A stretch of 64,000 nucleotides of DNA from an uncultured Verrucomicrobiae bacterium (GTDB lineage: Bacteria; Verrucomicrobiota; Verrucomicrobiia; Limisphaerales; UBA11358). The notes under the pieces are model-generated. The model saw only the letters and a program-made list of their open reading frames with translations, did not search any database and was not told the origin of the DNA. This document shows, piece after piece, positions 54,425 to 64,000 of the stretch. A program made the position numbers and the translations under genes. The DNA is taken from contig CAVRAN010000004.1 of NCBI GenBank assembly GCA_963719075.1, positions 2,861 through 66,860 on the forward strand, read 5' to 3'. The stretch's first letter is position 1. Each line of letters begins with the position of its first letter.

Positions 54425-54576
54425 GTTGGCCTGAAGAAACTGTACAATGACACGAAAGGCAAGCCCTCATTTTCTTTTGTGTCAACAAACGCATGTTTGC
54501 GGCGAGAATGGTGATGGAGGCGTCCACCTTCGCTTGCTTCGGTGCGGGGAGCATGGCTTAATCCATTTTGAATTTG

Positions 54577-55899
54577 ATGAACAAGCAATCCAAATCGCAA
54601 TGGGATTTCGGCGAATTGTTTCCGACGGAAGCAACGCGGAAAATTTTGTCCGTCAGCGAATTGACGGAACAAATCCGACGGCTGCTTGAAAAACAAGTCG
54701 GTTCAATTTGGGTGGGCGGCGAGGTTACCAATCTGCGCGCGCAAAGTTCCGGCCACATTTATTTCACGCTCAAGGACGCCAACGCGCAGTTGAGTTGCGT
54801 TTTGTTTCGCGGTGAGGCGATTGCGAACCGAGATCTGCTGGCGGACGGACAGAAAGTTTTGCTGCAAGGCGATGTGACGGTTTATGAAGCACGCGGACAA
54901 TATCAACTCATTGTGCGCGCGGTGGAATTGCAAGGCGTGGGCGCGCTGCAAATCGCATTCGAAAAACTTAAACAAAAACTCGCGACAGAAGGACTGTTCG
55001 TGCCGGAACGGAAACGTCCACTGCCAAAATATCCCCAACGCATCGGTCTCGTGACTTCGCCGACGGGCGCGGCTATCCGCGACGTGCTGCACGTCGTAAA
55101 ACGGCGGAATCCGGGTTTGGAAATCATCCTCGCGCCGTGTCGCGTGCAAGGCGATGACGCGGCGGTGGAAATTGCCGCGGCGATTCGGTTGCTGAATGAA
55201 CTTGGTTCGCTTGATTTAATTTTGGTAACACGCGGCGGCGGTTCGCTGGAGGATTTGTGGGCATTCAACGAGGAAGTTGTGGCGCGGGCGATTTTTGAAT
55301 CGGCGATTCCGGTCGTGTCGGCCGTCGGGCATGAGATTGATTTTACGATTGCGGATTTTGTCGCGGACGTGCGCGCGGCGACACCGAGTGCGGCGGCGGA
55401 AATCATTACCGAAGGTTTGTTTGCGAGCCGACAATTAGTCGCAAACTTGGTTCGACGAATAATGCAAGCGCATCCGCGTCATCGGCTGAACGAATTGTTG
55501 CAGCGGCTGGATGATTTGCAGATGGGCTTGTTGCGTTGCGCGAGGCAGGGCGTGAGCCGACGCAGCGTGGCTTGCCACAATCTGGCCACGCGATTGAGGC
55601 TGGTGCGTCCAAAACAATTGCTGAAACAACGGCGCGAAGTTTTGAAAACGAATCGGAAGCGTTTGCGCGATCTCGCGCATATCCGGTTCAAGGATTTGAA
55701 AAATGCTTTGGTCGCGACAGAATCGCGATTGCGTCTGCTGGGGCCGGAGCAGGTTTTGTCGCGCGGTTATTCGATCACGATGGACGCGTCGTCGGGCAAA
55801 ATTATTCGCCGTGCGAAGGACGCAAAGCGCGGACAAACCTTAAAGACGCGGGTGCAGACCGGTGAAGTTTTGAGCAAGGTTGAAAAAATGGTTGGGTGA
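54577..55899 (+). CDS. xseA: exodeoxyribonuclease VII large subunit
   Basis: SVSELTEQIRRLLE...VGGEVTNLRAQSSGHIYFTLKD (OB fold), then GLVTSPTGAAIRD and RGGGSLEDLWAFN. Confidence 0.9.
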   Translation: MNKQSKSQWDFGELFPTEATRKILSVSELTEQIRRLLEKQVGSIWVGGEVTNLRAQSSGHIYFTLKDANAQLSCVLFRGEAIANRDLLADGQKVLLQGDVTVYEARGQYQLIVRAVELQGVGALQIAFEKLKQKLATEGLFVPERKRPLPKYPQRIGLVTSPTGAAIRDVLHVVKRRNPGLEIILAPCRVQGDDAAVEIAAAIRLLNELGSLDLILVTRGGGSLEDLWAFNEEVVARAIFESAIPVVSAVGHEIDFTIADFVADVRAATPSAAAEIITEGLFASRQLVANLVRRIMQAHPRHRLNELLQRLDDLQMGLLRCARQGVSRRSVACHNLATRLRLVRPKQLLKQRREVLKTNRKRLRDLAHIRFKDLKNALVATESRLRLLGPEQVLSRGYSITMDASSGKIIRRAKDAKRGQTLKTRVQTGEVLSKVEKMVG

Positions 55900-55942
55900 C
55901 TCCGCGCTGGACGCGGGCGAAATTTTATTTTAGCGTTTTCCG

Positions 55943-56212
55943 GTGCCAAATCTGTCAAAGAGCGCGGGGCAAAATAATCCCGCCAAAACTCCACCGTTTG
56001 AGGAAGCCTTGAAAAAACTTGAAGGCCTCGTCGAGGCGATGGAGTCCGACGACTTGCCGTTGGAAACATTGCTTGCCAAGTATGAAGAAGGCACGAAGCT
56101 GGTGAGAATTTGTCAGGAAAAACTGGCCGAGGCGGAGTTGAAGATTCAGCGGTTGGAGAAAAATGTGGCGGGCGAAATAAAGTTGAAACCGATTGATTTA
56201 TCCGAAGAATAA
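55943..56212 (+). CDS. xseB: exodeoxyribonuclease VII small subunit
   Basis: FEEALKKLEGLVEAMESDDLPLETLLAKYEEGTKLVRICQEKL. The start is GTG. Confidence 0.85.
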   Translation: MPNLSKSAGQNNPAKTPPFEEALKKLEGLVEAMESDDLPLETLLAKYEEGTKLVRICQEKLAEAELKIQRLEKNVAGEIKLKPIDLSEE

Positions 56213-56215
56213 TTT

Positions 56216-58204
56216 ATGAGCACATACCTCGACATGGTTGACGGGCCGGAGCACGTCAAAAAACTCACGCTGCCGCAACTTCAGGAACTCGCCGGCGAAA
56301 TTCGCGAAGAACTCATCGTCGGACTCGCCAAGGGTGGTGGCCATCTCGGTCCGAATCTTGGGATCGTCGAATTGACCATTGCGCTGCATCGTGTTTTTAA
56401 TACACCCAAGGACAAATTTGTTTGGGACGTGAGCCATCAGGTTTATGTCCACAAAATTCTCACAGATCGCAAAAATCGTTTTCGGACGATTCGCCAGACG
56501 GACGGCTTGAACGGTTTCGCGTTGCGCACGGAAAGCCCGCACGATTGTTACGGCGCGGGTCACGCCGGCACGGCGCTTTCCGCCGCGCTCGGCATGGCGG
56601 CGGCGCGCGACAAAAAGGGCACCGACGAAAATGTCGTCTGCATTTTCGGCGACGCGGCGTTGACGAACGGTATTTCCTTCGAAGCGATGAACAACATCGC
56701 GCATACGACGAAAAAATTCATCGGCATTCTCAACGACAACGAGTGGAGCATCGCCAAAAATGTCGGCGCGATTTCCGGCTACCTTAACAAGCTCATCACG
56801 AATCCGAGCTACAATAAACTGTCGAAGGATTTTGAAAATTTCGTCCGCCGTCTGCCGAAAGGCGAACTGGCATTGCGGCTGGCGCACAAAGCCGAGGAAG
56901 GTTTCAAAGGCGCGTTGAGCGTCGGAATGCATCAAAAAAATGAAGTCGCGTTCAGCGCGGACGGTCGCGGCGGTTTCGGCAACCCGATTTTGTTTGAGGA
57001 AATGGGCATGCGTTATCTCGGCCCGATTGATGGACACAATCTGCCGCTGCTCATCAGCACGCTCGAATTCGCCAAAACATGCGACCATCCGATTGTCATT
57101 CACATTCTGACGCAAAAGGGCAAAGGATTTGAAGCTGCGTTGAAATTTCCGGAAAAATTCCACGGTCTCGGACCTTACGACGTGAAAACCGGCGAGACAC
57201 CCGCGACCAAACCCGGCACGCCGCCCATGTATCAGGACGTGATGGGCCATACGCTCGTGAAACTTTGCCAGCGCGATAACCGGCTCGTCGGCATCACCGC
57301 CGCAATGCCGACCGGCACGGGCATGAAGCATTTGGAAAAAGCGATGCCCGACCGTTACATTGACGTGGGCATCGCCGAGGAACACGCCGTGATTTTCGCC
57401 GCCGGCATGGCGACGATGGGTTTTCATCCCGTCGTGGCGATTTACTCCACGTTTCTACAGCGCGCCTACGATTGCATCCATCACGATGTTTGTTTGCAGG
57501 ATTTGCCGGTGATTTTCTGCATGGATCGCGCCGGGCTTTCCGCGAACGACGGCCCGACGCATCACGGCCTGTTCGACATCGCGTATCTGCGTTGTTTTCC
57601 AAATGTGATTGCGATGGCTCCGGCCAATGAGGACGAACTCGCCGACATGATGTTCACCGCCACGCACCAGAATCATCCGGTATTCATCCGTTATCCGCGC
57701 GGCGCGGCGGAAGGCGTGCCGGTCAAAGACCAGCCGCAACTGCTCGAAATCGGCAAGGCGCAGGTCGTGCAGAATTTTTCGACCAATGGAAAAAAGAAAG
57801 TCGCGCTGTTCGGCCTCGGCCCGATGAACACCATCGCGCGCAAGGCGGCGCAGCAGCTTGCCACGGAAGGCTTCGATGTCGCCGTCATCAATCCGCGCTT
57901 CACCAAGCCGGTTGACGCGGGCACGACGGAATTTTTCGGGCGCGCGGCGGATGTCGTCGTGACGCTGGAAGACCATGTGCTGATGGGCGGCTACGGCTCG
58001 GCGGTGCTGGAACTGTTCAGCGAAAAAAATGTGACGACTCCCGTCGTGCGCATCGGCTGGCCGGACCAGTTCATCGAGCACGCCACCACGCAGGACGAAC
58101 TCCGCAAGAAATACGGCCTGTCCGTCGAGAACACCGTCGCCAAAGTGAAGGCGCAATTCAGCGAAGCTCCGGCGAAAGTGACGCGGCTGGTTGAGGTGGC
58201 GTGA
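56216..58204 (+). CDS. dxs: 1-deoxy-D-xylulose-5-phosphate synthase
   Basis: GGHLGPNLGIVELTIALH, VWDVSHQ, GDAALTNGISFEAMN and IAEEHAVIFAAGMA. Confidence 0.9.
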   Translation: MSTYLDMVDGPEHVKKLTLPQLQELAGEIREELIVGLAKGGGHLGPNLGIVELTIALHRVFNTPKDKFVWDVSHQVYVHKILTDRKNRFRTIRQTDGLNGFALRTESPHDCYGAGHAGTALSAALGMAAARDKKGTDENVVCIFGDAALTNGISFEAMNNIAHTTKKFIGILNDNEWSIAKNVGAISGYLNKLITNPSYNKLSKDFENFVRRLPKGELALRLAHKAEEGFKGALSVGMHQKNEVAFSADGRGGFGNPILFEEMGMRYLGPIDGHNLPLLISTLEFAKTCDHPIVIHILTQKGKGFEAALKFPEKFHGLGPYDVKTGETPATKPGTPPMYQDVMGHTLVKLCQRDNRLVGITAAMPTGTGMKHLEKAMPDRYIDVGIAEEHAVIFAAGMATMGFHPVVAIYSTFLQRAYDCIHHDVCLQDLPVIFCMDRAGLSANDGPTHHGLFDIAYLRCFPNVIAMAPANEDELADMMFTATHQNHPVFIRYPRGAAEGVPVKDQPQLLEIGKAQVVQNFSTNGKKKVALFGLGPMNTIARKAAQQLATEGFDVAVINPRFTKPVDAGTTEFFGRAADVVVTLEDHVLMGGYGSAVLELFSEKNVTTPVVRIGWPDQFIEHATTQDELRKKYGLSVENTVAKVKAQFSEAPAKVTRLVEVA

Positions 58205-58324
58205 AAATGATGAAGGTCATGCAACGGCTTTAGTTGGCATTATTGTCCCAGTAATTTCCCGTAAGATTTTTTGCGCCTTTTGCTCTGGTTTTTCGCATTG
58301 GATGACAGAGTATGAACTCTGTTC

Positions 58325-60529
58325 ATGATTGAACCTCCTGATCGCGAAGTAATCGTTTTTAGTGATGCCCGGCGATTGCCGTCCGGTCAGCGCGCGGCGT
58401 ATCTTGACCAGGCCTGCGCCGGTGACGCCGCCTTGCGTCAGCGTGTTGAAGAACTCCTTCAGGCCGGCGATGAAGCCGGTGCCTTCCTCGAAAACGCGGC
58501 TGCAAACCTAGTCGGACCGGGCGGAACCGTCCGGCTTCCGGTTGTTCCTTCCGAGAAACCCGGTGATCGCATAGGTCGCTATAAACTGCTTCAACAAATC
58601 GGTGAAGGCGGCTGCGGCATCGTGTATATGGCCGAGCAGGAGGAACCCGTCCGCCGCCGGGTCGCACTCAAGGTCATCAAGCTGGGCATGGACACCAAGA
58701 GCGTCATTGCCCGGTTTGAGGCGGAACGGCAGGCACTCGCCCTGATGGATCATCCCAACATCGCCAAGGTGTTGGATGCCGGCGCAACTGAAACTGGCCG
58801 ACCCTATTTCGTCATGGAACTGGTGCGCGGCATCAAAATCACGGATTACTGCGACCAGAACAATCTCTCCACCCGTGAACGGCTCGATCTGTTCATTCAA
58901 GTCTGCCATGCCATCCAGCACGCGCACCAGAAAGGCATCATTCACCGGGACATCAAACCTTCCAATATTTTGGTGACGATGAACGACGGCGTGCCCTTGC
59001 CCAAGGTGATTGATTTCGGCATCGCCAAGGCGACGCACGGCAAATTGACGGATCAAACGGTCTTTACCGCCTTCGAGCAATTCATCGGGACACCCGCTTA
59101 CATGAGTCCGGAGCAGGCGGAAATGAGCGCGCTGGACATTGATACACGCAGTGACATCTATTCGCTGGGTGTTTTGCTTTACGAATTGCTGACGGGCCAG
59201 ACTCCGTTTGATGCCAAGGAATTGCTGCAAGCCGGTCTGGATGAAATCCGTCGCACGATCCGGGAGCAGGAACCGGCGCGTCCCTCGACGCGCCTGAGTA
59301 CGATGTTGGAAGGCGAATTGACGACAACGGCGCGGCAACGTCAGACGGAGCCGCCGAAGTTGATTCATCTGGTGCGGGGCGACCTGGACTGGATTGTAAT
59401 GAAGGCGCTGGAAAAAGACCGCGCGCGCCGTTATGAGACGGCTAACGGCATGGCTGCGGACATCCAGCGGCATCTGAACAACGAACCGGTGGTGGCGTGT
59501 CCGCCGGGCAATCTCTACCGATTCCAAAAGCTGGTTCAGCGGAATCAACTCGCGTTTTTTTCGGCTGCGTTGGTCACCCTTGCACTGGTGCTGGGGATTG
59601 CGGTGAGCACCTGGCAAGCGGTTCGCGCTACTCGTGCCGAGCGCGAGCAGACTCGGTTACGGCATGAAGCCGAACAGGAGCGAGACCATGAATTTCAATT
59701 GCGCAAGGAACTTGAAATTAGAGAAAGAGTTGAAAGAGCTGGGCAAGCCAGAGTCTTTTTGGATTCAGGCGAATTACAGAAGGCCGATAAACTTCTGGAT
59801 GGCTTATCTTTGGCCTCGTTCGATGCCAATGTTGGTAGCGTCGAGGTTTTTAAGGTGTTGTCCGATTGGAATGTGACACACGGACGTTGGCAAGAAGCAG
59901 CGGAGGCGCTCGGCGAATTTTTTAAGCTCGTGCCGTTAGGCAAGGGCAACGCGGACAGCATGAGCAGAAATTTGGATGAGTTTGGTTGTCTGTTATTAGA
60001 AGCTGGAGAGACCGAGGCCTACGAGAATCTCCGCAGGAAAACCCTGGCTCGACCTGAGGTTCCGCAAGATTATCTGATGGCCTTTCGGATTGCCCAGCTT
60101 GGATTGCTCCGCCCAACGGATGGCGATATGATCCTTCGAATCAGTCGTTATGTAAACAAGGTGCGGGCATCACCGGCACAATGGGCCAACGCGCAGCCTT
60201 GGGAGTCTTTTCTCTTTGCGCTCTTTGAATATAGACAAGGTAATTACACCAAAGCGGTCGCGTATGGTCAGGACGCTACTAATGGAGTGCCGAATTGCGC
60301 CGCCTGTGCATTTGGCGTACTTGCCGCGTCCCAACAACAGTTGAACCACCCCGATGAAGCGCGCGCAGCCATAGCCCAGTATGATGTCTTGGCCGATTCG
60401 AATGCGAACAGGATAAAGAGTCTTGATCAATTTTGGAATGACTGGATGTTTGCTGAAATTCTCCAGCGCGAAGCCAAGGCTCTCATCGCTGGTGGCAACG
60501 GGGTTAAAGGCAGTTCTGGTTCAAATTGA
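58325..60529 (+). CDS. Ser/Thr protein kinase with one TM segment and a C-terminal TPR-like domain
   Basis: GEGGCGIVYMA, VALKVIK, HRDIKPSNIL, DFGIAK and GTPAYMSPEQ, then the hydrophobic FFSAALVTLALVLGIAVS. The N-terminal LDQACAGDAALRQRVEELL box is typical of kinases paired with ECF sigma factors. Confidence 0.9.
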   Translation: MIEPPDREVIVFSDARRLPSGQRAAYLDQACAGDAALRQRVEELLQAGDEAGAFLENAAANLVGPGGTVRLPVVPSEKPGDRIGRYKLLQQIGEGGCGIVYMAEQEEPVRRRVALKVIKLGMDTKSVIARFEAERQALALMDHPNIAKVLDAGATETGRPYFVMELVRGIKITDYCDQNNLSTRERLDLFIQVCHAIQHAHQKGIIHRDIKPSNILVTMNDGVPLPKVIDFGIAKATHGKLTDQTVFTAFEQFIGTPAYMSPEQAEMSALDIDTRSDIYSLGVLLYELLTGQTPFDAKELLQAGLDEIRRTIREQEPARPSTRLSTMLEGELTTTARQRQTEPPKLIHLVRGDLDWIVMKALEKDRARRYETANGMAADIQRHLNNEPVVACPPGNLYRFQKLVQRNQLAFFSAALVTLALVLGIAVSTWQAVRATRAEREQTRLRHEAEQERDHEFQLRKELEIRERVERAGQARVFLDSGELQKADKLLDGLSLASFDANVGSVEVFKVLSDWNVTHGRWQEAAEALGEFFKLVPLGKGNADSMSRNLDEFGCLLLEAGETEAYENLRRKTLARPEVPQDYLMAFRIAQLGLLRPTDGDMILRISRYVNKVRASPAQWANAQPWESFLFALFEYRQGNYTKAVAYGQDATNGVPNCAACAFGVLAASQQQLNHPDEARAAIAQYDVLADSNANRIKSLDQFWNDWMFAEILQREAKALIAGGNGVKGSSGSN

Positions 60530-60739
60530 GGAACCGATTCCCATTCTTCTTAGGTTCGCATTCGGTGGCCAATTCCACAGGCCTTTTCCAAATCTCATCG
60601 CTCTGATTGAGGGTTCTCTTGGTAATGCACATTTTCTTCAAAATAAATTGCGCCTTTGTTCCCGGAATCTCGCATTGGTTAACGGTGGGCCAAATGGCTC
60701 GCGCCCTGAACATGAAATTTAAACTTTGAAAACAAAATT

Positions 60740-63700
60740 ATGAATGATCTGAATCCTTCCCGAAAGTTGTCAGCACGTCTGCGTGCCGGTTGTTTCCTTG
60801 CCCTATTCCTGCTGGCCGGTTTGCCGGCCATAAGTGTGACGCAGGCCGCCGGTCTGGCTGCCACCAACACCCCGGCTGCCATCCCGTGGAACGAAATCGG
60901 CGCCAAGGCCGGCGCGGATTACCAGGGCGACGGATTGGCCGTGACGCCGACCGGGTCCGGTGCGCGCCTGCACTGCGTATTCCAGCGGCTCGACGGTGAG
61001 GCCACAACCGAAGGCTTGTGGTTGACCTCGACCGTCACCAACAAGGTAAGCGACCGTTTCCGGGTGACGGCGACGGCGGTGGGCCGGACAACGGCCAATG
61101 CCACCTTCAACTTCCCATCTCCAGAATCCAGCATCCCGTTGGCAGGTGTGGGCGAAGTATCTGTCTGCGGCCAGACGGTGCGTTTGAGCCGCCCCGGGTT
61201 GACGGAAGAATACTCCGTAAGCATGGACGGTGTGCGGCAGGATTTCATCGTGGAACAAGCGCCTGCCAGTCCGCCGGCAGGCGAGTTGGTGGTGAAACTG
61301 GCCGTGAGCGGCGCTCAAGTTGAAGCGGCGGTGGATGGCGCGCGGTTGGTGCTGGATCATTCCGCTCGGAAAATTGCTTATAGCCGCCTGCGCGTCACGG
61401 ATGCCACGGGCAAAGAGCTGCCAGCGCGGATCGAAGTGGAGCCAAACTCCGCCTCTTCACTTGGCATGGCTGTGGTGGTAAATGATGCGGCGGCGGTGTA
61501 TCCGGTGCGAATTGACCCGACGTTCAGTGATGCTAACTGGGTCAGCATGGGCGGCCTTCCCGGTGCAAACGGCCAAGTCAACGCGGCGGTGATAGATGGT
61601 TCGGGCAATCTTTATATCGGTGGAGCTTTCACGATAGTCGGCAACGCTTTTGCAACTAATGTAGCCGAATGGAACGGGAGCAGTTGGTCGGCGCTGAGTT
61701 CGGGGATGAACGGCACTGTGTTTGCGCTGGAGGTGTCGGGCAGCACTTTGTATGCGGGCGGCTACTTCACGGCGGCGGGCACGAATGTGGCCAATTACGT
61801 CGCGCAATGGAATGGGAGCAGTTGGTCGGGCCTCGGTTCGGGGTTTTCAGGTCAGGGCATTGATGGGAACGGCCCCTATGTGAATGCGCTGGCGGTGTCG
61901 GGCACCACGTTGTATGCGGGCGGAGATTTCGCGACGGCGGGCGGCATGTCGGCCTATAGCATCGCCCAATGGAACGGGAGCAGTTGGTCGCCCGTCGGTT
62001 CGGGCATTCCAGGCGGCCCTGTGTTTGCTCTGGCGGTGTCAGGCAGCACGGTGTATGCGGGCGGCAATTTCACGACGGCGGGCGGTAGCGCGGCGAATGA
62101 CATCGCGCAATGGAACGGGAGCAGTTGGTCGGCCCTCGGTTCGGGGATGAGTGGTGGCATCCGGCCTCAAGTGGTTGCGCTGGCGGTGTCGGGCAGCACG
62201 TTGTATGCAGGCGGCGGTTTCAAGACGGCGGGCGGCATCGCGGCCACTAACATCGCGCAATGGAACGGGAGCAATTGGTCGGCCCTGGGTTCGGGGATTT
62301 CAGGCACGGGCTCCGATGGAGGCCTCTATGTGTATGCGCTGACGGTGTCAGGCAGCACGTTGTATGTGGGCGGCGATTTCTCGAATGCGGGCGGCATTGC
62401 GGCCAATTCCATCGCCAAATGGAACGGGAGCAGTTGGTCGGCTTTCGGTTCGGGGATTTATGGTCAGGGCTACGATGGGAACGGCCCCTATGTGTCTGCG
62501 CTGGCGGTGTCGGGCAGCACGGTGTATGCGGGCGGAGATTTCTCGTTTCAGGGCGGCACTGCGGTTGATAGCATCGCAAAATATAATGGAAGCATTTGGT
62601 CGGGCCTCGGTTCGGGGATGAACGGCTATGTGAAAGCGCTGGCGGTGTCGGGCAGCACGGTGTATGCGGGCGGCAATTTCACGACGGCGGCGGGGGGCAG
62701 CAGCCAGGCCCAATACATTGCGCGATGGAACGGGACCAGTTGGTCACAGCTCGGTGCGGGGAGTTTGAACACCGATGTGAATGCGCTGGCGGTGTTGGGT
62801 GGGACGTTGTATGCGGGCGGCAATTTCACGACGGCGGCGGCGGGCAGCATCGCGGCCAATTACATTGCGCGATGGAACGGGAGCAGTTGGTCGGCTCTCG
62901 GTTCGGGGATGAATGGCTCTGTGTTAGCGCTGGCGGTGTCGGGCAGCACGTTGTATGCGGGCGGCAATTTCACGACGGCGGGCGGCAGCGCGGCTAATTA
63001 CATCGCGCAATGGAATGGGAGCAGTTGGTCGCCCGTCGGTTCGGGGATGAACGGCGAGGTGGCTGCGTTGGCGATGTCGGGCAGCACGTTGTATGCGGGC
63101 GGCGGTTTCACGACGGCGGGCGGCAACGCGGCCAATGATATCGCGCAATGGAACGGGAGCAGTTGGTCGGCTCTCGGTTCGGGGATGAACGGCACCGTGT
63201 TTGCGCTGGAGGTGTCGGGCAGCACGTTGTATGCGGGCGGCTATTTCACGGCGGCGGGCGGCAACGCGGCCAATGACATCGCGCAATGGAACGGGAGCAG
63301 TTGGTCGCCCCTCGGTTCGGGGATGAACAGCGAGGTGACTGCGCTGGCGGTGTCGGGCAGCACGTTGTTCGCGGGCGGCTATTTCACGACGGCGGGCGGC
63401 AACGCGGCCAATAACATCGCGCAATGGAACGGGAGCAGTTGGTCGGCCCTCGGTTCGGGGATGTCAGGTGGCGGTTACTACGGCCCTTATGTGAGTGCGC
63501 TGGCGGTGTCGGGCAGCAAGTTGTATGTGGGTGGCGATTTCACGACGGCGGGCACCAATGTCTCTGCCTACGCAGCCATGGCCAGCCTGCCGGTGCCGCC
63601 AACACTGTCCATCATCGCGGATGGAGCCAATGTGGTTGTGACCTGGCCGGACGCCGCCACCGGTTATACCACCGGCTACACGCTGGAGTCGGCCACCAAT

Positions 63701-63817
63701 CTGCTTCCACCGGTGGCCTGGCAGACCAATGCCACGGCCCCGATCGTCATCGGCGGGCAGAATGTCATCACCAATCCCATCTCCGGCACCCAAATGTTCT
63801 TCCGGCTCGAGCAGTGA
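60740..63817 (+). CDS. secreted repeat protein: about 14 tandem 46-53-aa beta-propeller-like blades and a C-terminal beta-sandwich-like tail ending FFRLEQ
   Basis: Signal peptide (LALFLLAGLPAISVTQA). The unit IAQWNGSSWSALGSGMNGxVxALAVSGSTLYAGGxFTTAGGxAAN repeats about 13 times after a diverged first unit. Confidence 0.8.
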   Translation: MNDLNPSRKLSARLRAGCFLALFLLAGLPAISVTQAAGLAATNTPAAIPWNEIGAKAGADYQGDGLAVTPTGSGARLHCVFQRLDGEATTEGLWLTSTVTNKVSDRFRVTATAVGRTTANATFNFPSPESSIPLAGVGEVSVCGQTVRLSRPGLTEEYSVSMDGVRQDFIVEQAPASPPAGELVVKLAVSGAQVEAAVDGARLVLDHSARKIAYSRLRVTDATGKELPARIEVEPNSASSLGMAVVVNDAAAVYPVRIDPTFSDANWVSMGGLPGANGQVNAAVIDGSGNLYIGGAFTIVGNAFATNVAEWNGSSWSALSSGMNGTVFALEVSGSTLYAGGYFTAAGTNVANYVAQWNGSSWSGLGSGFSGQGIDGNGPYVNALAVSGTTLYAGGDFATAGGMSAYSIAQWNGSSWSPVGSGIPGGPVFALAVSGSTVYAGGNFTTAGGSAANDIAQWNGSSWSALGSGMSGGIRPQVVALAVSGSTLYAGGGFKTAGGIAATNIAQWNGSNWSALGSGISGTGSDGGLYVYALTVSGSTLYVGGDFSNAGGIAANSIAKWNGSSWSAFGSGIYGQGYDGNGPYVSALAVSGSTVYAGGDFSFQGGTAVDSIAKYNGSIWSGLGSGMNGYVKALAVSGSTVYAGGNFTTAAGGSSQAQYIARWNGTSWSQLGAGSLNTDVNALAVLGGTLYAGGNFTTAAAGSIAANYIARWNGSSWSALGSGMNGSVLALAVSGSTLYAGGNFTTAGGSAANYIAQWNGSSWSPVGSGMNGEVAALAMSGSTLYAGGGFTTAGGNAANDIAQWNGSSWSALGSGMNGTVFALEVSGSTLYAGGYFTAAGGNAANDIAQWNGSSWSPLGSGMNSEVTALAVSGSTLFAGGYFTTAGGNAANNIAQWNGSSWSALGSGMSGGGYYGPYVSALAVSGSKLYVGGDFTTAGTNVSAYAAMASLPVPPTLSIIADGANVVVTWPDAATGYTTGYTLESATNLLPPVAWQTNATAPIVIGGQNVITNPISGTQMFFRLEQ
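61560..63560. repeat. near-identical tandem DNA repeats (138-159 bp units) underlying the propeller blades
   Basis: Strings such as atcgcgcaatggaacgggagcagttggtcg and gcgctggcggtgtcgggcagcacg...tatgcgggcgg recur more than 10 times. Confidence 0.85.
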
Positions 63818-63897
63818 ATCTGCCAGTGTGAAATTGTGGATTGCGCAGAATCCCAATTTTCTGGTGCAACATCGGAGTATCTGGTAATCGTCGCTGA

Positions 63898-64000
63898 TTG
63901 AGCGACGTTACCCGCATCCTTGAGTCCATCGAGCACGGCGACCCCAAGGGCGCCGATGAACTGCTGCCGTTGGTCTATGGCGAGTTGCGCAAGCTGGCGG
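63898..64000 (+). CDS. ECF-type sigma-70 factor (TIGR02999-like), first 34 codons only
   Basis: TTG start directly after an in-frame TGA. (M)SDVTRILESIEHGDPKGADELLPLVYGELRKLA is the hallmark N-terminus of this ECF subgroup. The ORF runs off the window. Confidence 0.7.
   Translation, partial: MSDVTRILESIEHGDPKGADELLPLVYGELRKLA

Noticed and set aside
60504-60713. 69-aa minus-strand ORF between the kinase and the propeller gene with a faint HTH-like stretch (KAQFILKKMCITKRTLNQSDEIW), possibly a transposase or antitoxin fragment.
   Set aside because: It is too short and unspecific to call, has no flanking inverted repeats, and could equally be non-coding upstream DNA of the propeller gene.

Overview
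This is a 64-kb chromosomal segment of a moderately GC-rich Gram-negative bacterium. My best guess is a PVC-superphylum (Verrucomicrobia-like) origin. That guess is inference only, from ECF-sigma/Ser-Thr-kinase pairing, a DUF2723-TPR membrane protein, GCCACAGAG-type palindromic repeats and a repeat-rich secreted propeller protein. The window holds about 60 protein genes and one tRNA (Asp-GTC). I found no rRNA, no CRISPR array and no intact transposase. Layout: (i) 0.3-8.9 kb: moeZ, an IscU-like gene, mscL, rnc, a Zn-ribbon protein, an AT-rich 2-gene insert, mutL and a cNMP-binding histidine kinase. All the conserved genes here except the IscU-like one are frame-broken. (ii) 9.1-18.1 kb: a decayed tRNA-Asp-linked integrative island with integrase, an excisionase-like ORF missing from the track, a methyltransferase stump, a 1543-aa SF1 helicase-nuclease and a DUF1398 protein. 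(iii) 18.6-23.3 kb: sugar ABC transporter plus galM. (iv) 23.4-35 kb: plsY-gpsA, thrH, a PASx3 kinase-LemA-M48 protease operon, an L,D-transpeptidase, pabC-pabB and a LOG-family gene. (v) 35.1-40.1 kb: class II ribonucleotide reductase (split at an A9 tract) and der. (vi) 40.2-58.2 kb: envelope and glycosyltransferase genes, a PIN toxin-antitoxin pair, rlmD, ymdB, GH16, lpxD plus a desaturase, xseAB and dxs. (vii) 58.3-64 kb: a Ser/Thr kinase, a 1025-aa protein with about 14 repeats, and the start of an ECF sigma factor. I did not find a clearly novel multi-gene system. The most system-like unexplained items are the AT-rich 266-aa/Zn-ribbon cassette next to mutL (4626-5647), the helicase-nuclease island cargo (11566-16197) and a 12-unit 21-bp periodic array in the lpxD 3' region (52075-52334). 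Several apparent pseudogenes break at homopolymer runs and may be sequencing artefacts rather than biology.
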